This document shows positions 11,274-22,450 of a stretch of 64,000 nt of DNA, piece by piece. Positions within the stretch are counted from its first letter, which is position 1, and each line of letters starts with the position of its first letter. The notes under the pieces were generated by a model. The model had not been told where the DNA came from, did not search any database, and saw only the letters and a program-made list of their open reading frames with translations. Position numbers and translations under genes: made by a program. Source of the stretch: Vicugna vicugna (taxonomy: Eukaryota). The stretch is taken from the NCBI GenBank assembly GCA_013265495.1, contig MU057640.1, positions 124,001-188,000 on the forward strand, given 5' to 3'.

Positions 11274-11354
11274 CCAGGAAATTCCTGCTGGCGGCCACCT
11301 CCTCGATGTGGATGCTGGTGGCCCCCACAGGAACTATGAGGATCTGGTTGTAGC
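11274..11354 (-). CDS. PAPLN: PAPLN exon 8
   Basis: ctcag|GC TAC AAC...CTG G|gtgag; YNQILIVPVGATSIHIEEVAASRNFL; 81 nt. Confidence 0.94.
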
Positions 11355-11812
11355 CTGAGGGGCAGAGATACTCTGGGACCACCCAGGCACAGGGAGGATT
11401 TGGCCCTGAGGATGCTAAGTGCCTGGCAGAACAGATGGGGTGAGGGGAGGGCAAGTAGGACACAGCAGGGTTGGGTGCTTGGTGTTCCTGAAGGAAGAAA
11501 CAGCTTTATAAAGGCCAGAGGGACAGGCAGGCTCCAGCACCCAAATGGGGTGAGAGAGGAGGGGACAGGTGGGGACGATGTGGGAAGAGATGAGGCAGCC
11601 AGGTGGTCACCGGATAGGTGGGCCGAGACCTGAGTATCAGCCCACAGGCTCCTGGGCAAGGGTTTGGCCTCCACCCTGAGGCATGACCTAAGTGCCAGAT
11701 CAGACCCTCTCAGAGCCACGAGAGTGACTCAGCCAGCACAGGAGACAGGCAAGGAAGGGGCAGGCAACAGACCCTTGTCTCAACTGTCTGTGGACCCTGG
11801 GAGGACCCCCAC

Positions 11813-11936
11813 CTCTGCTGAGGTCATTGGCATCAAAGACGCCTGTGATGGGGTAGCAGGTTGTGCCGTCACCCCCACACTGCAGACACTTGTCCTCCTG
11901 CTTTGATGAGTCCAGGTTGTGGTCACAGCCGACAAC
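11813..11936 (-). CDS. PAPLN: PAPLN exon 7
   Basis: ggcag|GTT GTC GGC...AGA G|gtggg; VVGCDHNLDSSKQEDKCLQCGGDGTTC; 124 nt. Confidence 0.95.
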
Positions 11937-12735
11937 CTGCCAGGCAGAGATGAGGGGAGACAGGAAAGACCAGAGGAAGTCACGGTCACCCTGGGACTCG
12001 AATCCAGGTGGCCCGGCCAGGTCTGGGAAGAGCAGTAACCATTTACTAGCCATGGGGGCAAGTAAATGGTGACTGACAATCAATCCACCTCTTCCACCTG
12101 CTTGGCATCCGTGTCCCCTTCTCTGGCAACAACACGTCATTTCCCTTTGGAAGCCACCTCTCCTACTGAGTTTGGATACAGCTCCCAGCATAGGGGTTGG
12201 GTCAATCAGTGGGTTGTACACCTTGCACAAAACGTACAGGGGGAGGCCCAGGTCAGGACAAACCAGAAGCAACCCCAGGTCGCTAGAATTCCTGGGAGTC
12301 CCAGGGGGTTGCCAGGCTGGGACAGCTGATGTCTGGAGCTGCTGGTGGCCATCTTTATACCTCACCAGAAGAACCTGCCTGATGCAAACGCGGACCCAGA
12401 GGAGAGGAAAGCCAAGAGGTAGGGAGATGTTTCCAGCAGTGTCATTCAGGAACCCGCAGCCAGCCAGCCCATGCCTCAGTGGCTTTTCTTTTTCCCTTAA
12501 GTCAGTTTTAGCTGGGTTTCTGTAACTTGCCACCCAGAGGGTTCCTTTTATTGTGGTGCTAGAGTTTTCAAAGGGCAAAAGTAAGAGGGTCGCAGGGCAT
12601 CTGTGATGCAAGGCACCTTAAGAAGCCAGTCTTGAGAAGACATCAAGGTCTGGCCACTGGCTCAGGGAAGGGAGACATCCTATAATAAAGCCCCAAGCCA
12701 GCTCAGGGGGTGGGGGTGGGTGGCACACAACTTAC

Positions 12736-12866
12736 CCGGCAGCTGCCATCCACACAGATGTCCTGTTTGCCAGGCTCACAGGGTGTCCCATCTATGACAG
12801 CCTCCCTGTGCTTATAGTAGAAGTTCTCCCCCTTGGGAATGCAGTTCAGCTCACACTTGTTTGGGG
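12736..12866 (-). CDS. PAPLN: PAPLN exon 6 (Cys-rich)
   Basis: catag|CC CCA AAC...CGG|gtaag; PNKCELNCIPKGENFYYKHREAVIDGTPC...CVDGSCR; 131 nt. Confidence 0.95.
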
Positions 12867-14313
12867 CTATGGCAGGCAAGATGGGAAAGTTGAGAGCCTG
12901 AGCAATGTTCAAGGCCTCTCCTAGCAACAGCAAAGCATGGCAGGAGCCAGAAGCACACATCTAGCTCGGAGAGAAAGTCCTACAGCATCCCCACCCCCAG
13001 TGGCTCCGAATCCCACCCCCAGCCCATGGAGAAGGGATGCTCTCCATGCTCCCCAAGGGACACTGCTGCATCTCTGGGGACCAAGTCAAACAAAAATCCC
13101 AGAATAAGGAAAAAGCCAGATACTTGAGGAGGTCTATCTCAGAATTATGTATAATAGTCCAAGAGTTAACAATCAGCTACTCTTTAACTATTATCTATCA
13201 CTAGGCTACTATGCATGTTGACCGTGTTGTTAAAAATTATGATACAAAGACTATACGTAATGTGGGAAGATGCTTGTAACACAGAAAGCAAAGTGATACC
13301 ATGTATTAATTACAAACATGTAAACGTAGAGAGAGAAAAAATAATATGAAATAGGCTAGAAAAATGCTAGCAATGATCCTATGAAAGAAGTGGGGTCATT
13401 TTTTTGTTTCAGTTTTTGTATTTATCTAAATATTATACACGCATTGTTTAAATAGCCTAGAGGTGCTAATAGGGTTGCAATCACAAAGAAGGTACCCCTT
13501 TCTCAATCTTTCCTCTGTTCTAATTTGTCTACACTATAGATTTCCAACATATGTTTACCTTAGGATCCAGAAGGAACAATGACTACTCACTGGGGCCACC
13601 CCCTTTAGCCCAGACCCCCTCCCCCCACCCCCAAGGCATACACAGGACATGACCGTTCACTGAGTTGGAATCCAGAGTGCCACTGAGTTTCCAGGAGTCA
13701 TTTACAGGGAGCACTGAAAACTAGTACTCAGAAGGATTAACCTAAGGTATCTTCTGACTCATCCAAAAATGTTCTAATTACACAGATGCTAGTATTTTTT
13801 TTTTCTTGAACTGTATTGCTCTAAAAATTAATGACCTACAGCTGCCTCATAGTTACCCAGAGAGCAGGCCTCCAGCCCCAGAGGTCCTGAGAGAATGAGC
13901 TCTCGCCCCACCAAACCCCTTGGAGACCACCCTGCAGTTCAGTGGGATAGCATCCCCCCGACCCCTGCCCTGCAACTCCTGCCAGGTGAGGAAAGCTTCA
14001 GGAGTAGGCCAAAGCAACGCACAGAACAAGGCTCAAAACGGCACAGACCCGGGCATGGCTTTGTTTGCATCCAGAGGGAAAAAGGGTGTAAAAACCTCAG
14101 AACGATCAACACTGTTGTGTTGTAATGGATACGTGCCTGGGGGTACTGGTGGGTTTTTTTTTTTTTTAATGTATTTGACACCGCATCTTTAATATAGTAA
14201 TGAAAACTGTGAAATGCAAATTGTGAAATTTGTTAAAGAGATCCGCAAAAGATGGGGCCCAGCACTGGACAACCGCAGGGTGTCGGGGGTGGGGCGGGGA
14301 CCTGCGCACTTAC

Positions 14314-14416
14314 CCCCATAGTAGGGCAGCCACTTGTACCGCCGCCCCTGGAACTCCTGGCCATCGAACTCGGAGCACTGCTCTGCCCGGAAGTCGTGGG
14401 CGCCGTCTGGGCAGCT
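14314..14416 (-). CDS. PAPLN: PAPLN exon 5
   Basis: cccag|AGC TGC CCA...GGG G|gtaag; SCPDGAHDFRAEQCSEFDGQEFQGRRYKWLPYYG; 103 nt. Confidence 0.94.
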
Positions 14417-14689
14417 CTGGGGGGTGGGGGTGGGGAGTGGGCACGTGAGTCCGCTGCTGGGGTCCCATTGGGTGCTGCCCCACCATGCCAGCTGCGGCTT
14501 CTGGGAGGCTCAGAGGTGCCCCTGGGCTCATGACCCCCCTCGGGGGGGGGTTGGGTGCGGGGTGTTTTGGGTGCAGGGTGAGGAAGGGGCTTCTGGAGTT
14601 CGGTCCAAGCACAAACAGAAGGGCACTAGGATATCAGCCGAGTAGGGGTTCTGGGAAGCTGTCCCCCATCCCTGCCGGCCTTACTTTAC

Positions 14690-14750
14690 CTCTGTCCGGC
14701 AAGAGCGGTGGCTCCGGGTGGGGCCCACGCAGCTGGAGCCCCCATCTCTC
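14690..14750 (-). CDS. PAPLN: PAPLN exon 4
   Basis: tgcag|G AGA GAT...GAG|gtaaa; RDGGSSCVGPTRSHRSCRTE; 61 nt. Confidence 0.94.
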
Positions 14751-15668
14751 CTGCAGGGCAAGAGCACCAGGAAGACCCAAACCCCCATAACTAACACCCC
14801 GCCCCCCTGGAGCTCTTCCACAGGCCCCCCAGCTACGGATGGGCTCCATGGTGGGCAACCCTCAGCCAGAGGGGCAGCAAGGAGAGGAGGGGTGTCCCCC
14901 AGTACATAAATCCCCTTAGGTAGATGCAGTGAGCCCATATTTATACTTGGGAGAAGCCAGATGCAGGAGTCTAACTCTTCTGGAACTTGTCTAACTTGAG
15001 GCCACTCTGCCTCTTGAAGCAAATTCCCAGAGAAGACTCAAATTCTGCCTTTGGAGATACAACAAGATGTAACATATACCCACTTGGTAAGGTTATCCTG
15101 CCACTTAAGGAGTAAATGAGTATAAGGCACTTAGAACAGTAATCTCATTGCTCTTCCTCGTCACACAGTTTTCAGGAACTAGTTAACCCACCGACAGGCA
15201 GTGTCTTCACGCCCCCTTTTGGGTGCTAAAGTACCTGTCAGAGTGCGGGGCACACAGCAGGTGCTTAATAAGTCACTTAGACTGGGAAACACCTATACTT
15301 GACAAAGAGGCTGACGGTAGAGAAACTGCACAGGTTAAGAATTGCTGAAGATTATTCATTAATTCAACACGAATTCACTGCACCTGCCACATGCTAGGCA
15401 CTGTGTTAGGAGCTAGAGACTCAAGGGTGGATGAAGCGGACGTGGCTCCAGCTCCCCTAAAGTAAGGTGGCTGTTGCAATCAGTGCATAAGCACATGGGA
15501 AATGACTCCGTTTCAAGTACTCCACCAATACTTTTCCCAGCACAAATCTATTGTGTGGTGGGTTCTGTCCGTGTGGCCTAGCACTGGCCCAGGGCTCCTA
15601 GCCCAGGATCCAGCCGCTCCCGAGTGCTTGCCTTCTTTTAACAACCTGGCCCATTCTTGCCTCCCTAC

Positions 15669-15784
15669 CTCTGGGAGTAGCAGGGGCGCTCCCGGAAGCT
15701 GACGCCCCCTCCGCAGGTCCGGCTGCAGGGGCTCCAGTTGCCCCAGGAGCCCCAGGTGTCGCTCTGCCGCCTCACCTTCGGAGC
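15669..15784 (-). CDS. PAPLN: PAPLN exon 3 (TSR1)
   Basis: tccag|GCT CCG AAG...CAG AG|gtagg; [38 protein letters not shown]; 116 nt. Confidence 0.95.
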
Positions 15785-16579
15785 CTGGAGGAGGAGATGC
15801 TCAGGAGTGGAAGTCAGCACTCGGAGCCCTCACAAGAGCTCTCAGGGCTCCCCCAAGTTCCCCTGCCTACAAACACAGCCCTCCTTTGCAAGGATCCTGA
15901 GATTGTGTTTCCTAGAGTCAGCCCTTCAGGACTACAACATCACCAGGCACTTGAACGTACTCATTTGTGGAATTAGCCAGCTTTCACCGTAAGAAGCCCA
16001 ACCTTCGCATCTGTCAAAGCCACTGCCACTAGAAGCCCCTGCTATTTGCCAGGTACAGTGAGGAAACCACCAAGCTAGGGGCAGAGGCGCTCTCTCCTGA
16101 CCATGATATCCTCTGGCTGGGCAGAGTCTGGTTTGAGATCCAAGAAATCTGCAAACAGTGCCTTGAATGGAGCCCATGGATCAGCAGAGCATACCTTCCA
16201 GGAGGGAGACATAAAAGGGCAGGAAGAACAGCGTGTTCTCAAGTAGATATGTCTCCACCTGTGCAGGGAATGTCACCCACCAGCAGTGCCATGTTTTTGT
16301 ATTAAAATAAAAACTTAATCTAATCCTGCATGTGTGTGTGTGTGTTGGGGGTGGGGTGGGTTGTGGTTTCTTCCTGTCAATCTGTGGCTGAGACTCCCAG
16401 GAATCCTCCAATGTCCATCCTCCCCTTCTCCCACTAAAGGAACCCTTGACTCTAAGTTGGATACCTGGCTGCCCCCTGTGAAAATTCATTTCCTGGATTT
16501 CCTGCAGTTAACCGTAGCTATATCACTAAATTCTTTTCAATGAGATATAAATAGAAGTGTTTTGCAGCAGCCTCCAGGA

Positions 16580-17088
16580 CAGGCATACCTGAAAGATATT
16601 GTAGGTTTGGTTCCAGAACACCAGAATAAAGCAAATATTGCAATAAGGTGAGTCACATGGATTTTGGGGTGCATATAAAAGTTGTTTGCACTATACTATA
16701 ATCTATTAAGTGTGCAATGGCGTTGTCTTTTTGTGTGTTTTTTTTGCATTGTCCTAAAAAACAATATACATACTTTAACTTAAAGGTATTTTATTGCTAA
16801 AAATGCTAATCATCTGAACTTGCAACAAGTCCTAATCTTTTTGCAATAGTAACATCAAAGATCGCTGATCACAGATCATCATAACAAACATAATGATGAA
16901 AAAGTTTGAAATATTGTGAGAATTACCAAAATGTGACTCATAGACATGAAGTGAGCAAATGCTGTTGGAAAAATGGAGCCAACAGACTTGCTTGACACAG
17001 GTTGCCACAAACCTTCAATTTGTTTAAAAAAAAATGCAGTATCTGCAAAGCACAATAAAGCAAAGTGCAATAAAACAAAGTGTGCCTA
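16580..17088 (-). mobile_element. Internally deleted Tigger1 (Tigger1a-type) nested in an MLT1-like LTR (~16380-17390)
   Basis: Both Tigger1 termini present: caggcatacctgaaagatattg... and ...caataaaacaaagtgtgcct. Confidence 0.8.
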
Positions 17089-19874
17089 TAACCTCCTTAG
17101 GAGATTGCTTGCATGTGTATTTGTCCTCTTTCGTCTCCCTCCTGTACCCTTCCTGCTAGTTGGAAATCAGATGTGATGGCTGGAGTTGGAGCAGCCTTAT
17201 AAACTATGAGGTAATTTGAGAATAGAGGCTTCAAACAGTGAAGCAAAGATAGAAGGATCCTAGAACCTGGGAGTACTTTGTAAGACAGACCATCCCTAGA
17301 CTTCTGACCTCTGTGTTTATGTGAGAGAGGGATCAAGCCTCTCTTGCTGAAGGGCTGTCATTTGGGACTCCATAACTGGGATATAATCCTAATGGATAGT
17401 TTCCCACCAGAAAGATCTGACACCCTGCAGCTGGCATCAGAAGCCCACATGCTACACACATAATCTCTCATTTAACCCTCAGAACAACCTGACAGACACC
17501 AGTGCATGGATAAGAAAAGTGAGGCAGAGGGAGTGGGAGCCACGTAGCCATGTGTGGACATAGCAGCAGGTTGGCTTCACTCCAGACCTCTGCTCTTATA
17601 CTAGGTTCCCACCGACCTCACCTGAGGAACCAAAGGGGAAACTAGATGAGTCCCAAGGAGCTGGACAGGTGTTAGACCTGATTTCTTGTTGGGAGGCAAA
17701 AGGGGGACTGAAAATATGTCCTGTTTGCCAGAAGGGGACTTTATTTCAGGGCATCGCCACATAAAAATCTCTAGGGGAAAAAAAAATCACTACCATTTTC
17801 CAGAGAAAGAACTTGAGTCCTAACATGGAAAAGCACGCTCTTCCGCCTGCTGTAAGCCTCCAGCCACGTCACCACATTTGGGCTGTAGATGGAGGTCTGT
17901 GCGTGCACGGATTACTCACTGCGTACTTCTAGCCCCCCAGTGCCAAACATCTAGTTATCCTTGTTTTATAAATAAAATCAGAACCCTGAATCAGAACAAA
18001 TCACACACACTTGCTGAACCACATACAAAACCAAGAAGGAAGGGCCAGCCAGACTAAAGGTCTGAGGTTTCACTCTTCAAATCATTTACCCTTCAGTTCT
18101 AACTGAGCCAAAATCTCCAAGCTTCCAAAAACCAGTGAACCAAAATGTAAGTGTTCTCTTGATAAAATTTAAACTGAAATTTACTGGGATCAGTTTCTAT
18201 TTTAAAGGGGAAGATACTGAGTGCCAGGAGGGTGACTTTCCTGGGACAACCATCACCCCCTACCCCCACCCCAGACTCATCACCACATTGTAAGAATTCT
18301 GGAAGCAGCCCACGGGGACTGCTGCTTTCTCATCCTGCCAGCCTCAGCCTAGCTAATTACCTCAGCCTAGCTGCTAATTACCTCTGACCAAAGCCTGTTT
18401 GGATGTCAGTCTTGCTCCTGAAGCACATGACCTGACCCTCCCCAAACCACCCTGCCCTGGGGTGGGGCTGGGCTTACCAGTGTGGGTAAGGCAACAAGGG
18501 GCACCCCTGCCACGCAGCCACCTTGTGCCATCAGGATGGGGTGGGGGGTGACTCACCCGAACAGAGGGCCCTCTAAGTACCAAGCCTTGCAAACATCCCC
18601 TCGTCCCCTGCCCCCAGCACCTGTGAGGCAGGCATCCTAGAGCCAGGCCCTGCCTAGTACTCAAGTCTCTCTGATGAAAGAAAACACATTCAGCCAGAAG
18701 CAGCACAGACACATCTTGTTTCTCTATAATTACCCAAGCCACGTGCTGCAAGATGGTGTGAAGCCAGAATGAGCTGGTCCAGTCCACCCTCATGCTGGGC
18801 CTGTCTTCACCTGCCTCCTGCCACTCTCAGCACTCGACTTGCTCCTTCTGCAACCCCCGTGTGAGGCAACTCAGGAGCCCCCTTTCCTGCTGCACTGTTC
18901 CTAGGGGATCAGCTGCCTGGTGTGCATGGGTCGGGGGGTTGTTATGGGAGTGGGAACAGAGGAAGAGATGAGGAGACTGGAAGGCCCCCTCAGGAAGCCT
19001 CCCCCGACCAGCCTAGGGGGTGGTAAGGGGCGTGGAGGTAATGCTATATCTCAGCTTCATTCCTCCTTAATCAGCTACTCATTCTGCTCAAGCTGACCCC
19101 TGTCAGCACTGAAAATGAGCTCACAAAGTGCTGGGGATCCAGAGGGGGGGTCCTGCCCCCCAGCTAGAACCAGCCTCGGTTACACCCCTGCCCCAGACAG
19201 TGGAGGGGTTAAGAGAGTTCTCAGCCTGGCCAGGTCCAGCCCCAGCTGAGCTCAGCATATGAGTAGGAGGCAAGTGAAGGCTACCCAGGTGTTTCTAAGG
19301 AAGAAAGCACCTAATAGGACCCGGGTTGCTTTGGATACCTTGACTCATTTCATCTGCATGCAACCTGTGGGTGGGTGTCATTACCCCCCCCCACCTCCAC
19401 CAATTTAAAGGAAGCTAAGACCTGTTTGTTTGCTTAGGGACATAGCTGTTAGGTTTTCATTCTGGGGTCTTCCCCTCTCCGCCCTTCTCATCCTCCACTC
19501 ACATTTCTAGTGGCAGCATTTCCCCTGCCCTCCCTAAGGCAGCAAATAATTTGAGTCTTTTCTCAGGGTCCTCCTGCCAGCCTCAGAGGATTGGGCAGAG
19601 CTGTGGGTCTTCCCCGTGGAAAGCTGTCCAGGGGCAGGGCTTGGCTGCCTCTGTGACCTCCATCCTGTCAACGCAGGAGAAGGCTGGCAGGAGCAGCCTC
19701 CAGGGCCAAGCCCAGCTCTGCAGACCATCTTCTCCCCAAAGGTGGGTCCAGCAGTCTAGAAGATTCCCTGTACCTCCTCAGAATCCAGGTATGTTCTTCG
19801 GGGCCTCTGTTAATGAAACAGCTACTCTGATCATCAGCTGGCTTCCTGTGTCTACTATTCACTCTCTAAACCTG

Positions 19875-20072
19875 CACTAATGCAGCAGCCACTAATCACA
19901 CCTGTGGCCATTTAAATTTACCTTAATTGAAATTTAAAAATTCAGTTCCTCAGTTGCACTAGCTACATTTCATGTGCTCAGTAACCACATGAACCGAGCA
20001 GCTATCTACCTCATTGGACAGCACAGATATCAAATATTTCCATAGTCTCAGAAGTTTCTATTGGACAGCCCT
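19875..20072 (-). mobile_element. MER3-like hAT MITE
   Basis: aaaaattcagttcctcagttgcactagctacattt...tttctattggacagc. Confidence 0.75.
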
Positions 20073-20533
20073 GCTCCATATGTTAACCCCCAGAGCAGTG
20101 CGGAATTGCTGGCAGCCCAAACAGCCCCAAACTGTCAGCTGAGTTTGGCCCTAGGCAGGTAGCAGACGTGTGGTGGGATGGGCCACCTAGCCCTGCACCT
20201 TGGCTGGTGTCATCACTGACCCCCTCTTCCTTCCGCCCTGGAAGACCACCAGGGCAGAGGTTCCCAGCGTTAGTGAACGGGGAGGGCGCTGGGAAGGTGC
20301 CATTTCTGCAAACTGCGCCCCGCAGCCAGGCGGGAAGTTCTGGGCACCTTGGCCAGATGGCTTCAAAAATCTAACCCCTCTCTGAAGGTGCTGGGGACCA
20401 GGAATCACCTCCTTCCATTCCACTTTCCCCGACCTTGGCCCTTTCTAGCCCTCGGGGGGCTCGAGCCCACGGAGAGGCTGTCACCCCCCTCCCCTCCCAG
20501 GAGGGTCCTCCCAAGGGGCGGGGCCGCACTCAC

Positions 20534-20587
20534 CGAGGACCCGGGCGCAGGGGCCAGCAGCAGAGGCACGAGCAGCAGCAGCCGCAT
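20534..20587 (-). CDS. PAPLN: PAPLN first coding exon (signal peptide); exon probably begins at 20598
   Basis: ccgcag|gcctggccgagATG CGG CTG...TCC TCG|gtgagt; MRLLLLVPLLLAPAPGSS. Confidence 0.94.
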
Positions 20588-21529
20588 CTCGGCCAGGCCT
20601 GCGGAGAGGCCGGGGTTGGAGGGGGCGGGGCAAGGACCCGGCAACGCCCCACCCCGAGCCTCATGCTCCCAGCCGTCTCCTGGGCCCGCGCGGCGGCAGC
20701 GTGTCCCTCCCTCCCCCTGCCCACAGGTGACCCGGAGACACGCTGGAGGGACGGGAGAGGATGCCGTGGGGTGCAGCGGAATGGCCGTGCCATTCACACA
20801 GCGAGGGAGGGAAGGCCTGTCTACAACTGGCTTCTAAAAGTTCAGGAGTTTCAGGGTTTGAGGGGAGAAAAGAGGACAATTAAATACTTCTTTGTTGAAA
20901 AACAGCTCAGAATCGAAGCAATCAGACTCACTGTTTTAATTCAGCAAGAGATTCCTTTTAAAAAGCCATTACACTACTTGTTTAAAAACTCGTTAATATA
21001 GATGTTTTAAATTTTTTAAGGAACTTTCCAAATTCAAATGATTTTAAAATGTTAGTTGTATCTTACTTGAAACCCAAGCCAGCATTTCTGCACTGGAGAA
21101 GCTCCACAGTCTGGGTCCAGAAGTGGGTCGTGGGGGGAGTGTGTGTGTGTGTTTGTGGACTGCCCGTGTGGAGTTTGGTATGTGCATGCATGCGAAGTGG
21201 GAGAGTGCAGTGTGTACAGAGTGTAGTCTGGTGCGTGGGTGCAGTATGTGTGCATGTGTAAACATGTCACTGTACTGGAAAATGACACAATGTGCCCCGT
21301 TCAGTACAGAACGTTAAACAAGTACTGGCTTGTATGCTTAAAATTTAAAATCTGTAATTCTACTAAAGTTCTCTTTAATTTTTTAAGCATAAAATGACTT
21401 CAGTTTACAAGAATAAAATAGCATACCTAATACAACCTGGCAAATTTAACGACGCACATGGTCTGTTAACTTAGCACCAACAGTGTTTCATGTTATCATT
21501 TTCACCGCAAACCTGAGGTTCCCAGGGCT

Positions 21530-22450
21530 TGGCGGGGTGAGGGCGGTGGGGTTCGGCCTCACCCTTCCCACCGCCGCGGCCCAGCCTCACTCTGAGGCCC
21601 CTCCTGGAAGAGCCGTGGGCAGAAGGGGAAGCCGCGGCGCCCGGGGACCCTTGTTCTAGGACTAATAACGAAGGTGATGCTCTAGAGTAGAGACAGCCTT
21701 TCAAGGGAGGGGATGAGCATCGGTTAGGGTAGAGACGGCAAGAAGGACAAGAGGGAAAAACTATATAGTTGCCACAAGGGGCTGGCAGGCGGGGCGGGTC
21801 TGCGGCTCCGCGCCAGGCGTGCCGGGGGCGGGAGTGTAGGGTCCCCGCGCGTCCTCCCCGGCCGCCCCCAAAAGAGGATCACCCCGCGCCCGCCCTGCCC
21901 GAGGAACGCGCCCATGCAGCCCCGGAGGCGGGAGATCCGGCTTCGGACATGGGATGCGGGGCTGGCCCGGCAGGAACCCGGGGCTCGGGCGCTCCAGGCC
22001 CATGGCCGCAGAGATACGGAGGAGGGACTGCGCTGGTCTCGGGGCTCTGCGCCAGGAACTGCGCCCGACGGAAGGCAGCGCTGAACCCCGCGAGGCTGCC
22101 CTGGTTGCCTCCGACCGCCCGGCCCCAGCCCTATTCCCGGCTCCCAGCGTTTCCTTCCCGCCGGCGACCTCCCACCCCCGCCCGAGGGCGCGGAGGCGGG
22201 GTCTCCTCCCGGGCTCCCACTTCCTTCGACGCCGCTCTCCCCGCGAGCCCGGCGGGGCGAATTCCTGCAGCAGCCTGGGGGTGAGCCGCCCGCGCCAACG
22301 TTCCTATTCTTCTACCTCCTACCTGTCTCCGGGAGTCCTGGGCGCGCAGGGCCAGTAGGGCCGCTCCGTCGGTGTCCGTCCCAGCCTAAGCCTAGGAGGT
22401 CAGCCCGGCCACCCGGAACATCTGCGGAGGTTGGACTTTCTCTCCCCGCC
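21530..22450. promoter_or_regulatory. CpG island / PAPLN promoter (second CpG-rich patch at ~20440-20800)
   Basis: Dense CpG and GC boxes (e.g. GGGGCGGG at ~21791) upstream of the PAPLN ATG. Confidence 0.85.
22323..22400 (-). other. PAPLN: Probable non-coding PAPLN exon 1 (5' end uncertain)
   Basis: Donor-like CAG|gtagga at 22323 at the upstream edge of the CpG island; GC box GGGCGG at ~22467-22472; inferred without transcript data. Confidence 0.5.

Larger units (their letters stand above)
1..22400 (-). other. PAPLN: PAPLN (papilin) gene body; 3' part (Ig and PLAC exons) lies beyond position 1
   Basis: Spliced exons give signal peptide MRLLLLVPLLLAPAPGSS, TSR1, ADAMTS Cys-rich/spacer, four more TSRs, Cys-rich repeats and a Kunitz domain; all intact junctions are AG/GT and phase-compatible. 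Confidence 0.97.

Noticed and set aside
11700..12611. 303-aa minus-strand ORF
   Set aside because: Only the exon 7 part (VVGCDH...DLSR) is papilin; the rest is open intron with no recognisable homology
13025..13048. Small hairpins (catggaga/tctccatg; also atagaggtt/aacctctat at ~41378-41406)
   Set aside because: 8-9 bp stems are expected by chance; no miRNA- or snoRNA-like context
1..22400. PAPLN as a whole-gene pseudogene because of the TAG at 3964-3966
   Set aside because: The stop is confined to a skippable symmetric exon; the 17 other coding exons in the window keep frame, cysteines and splice sites
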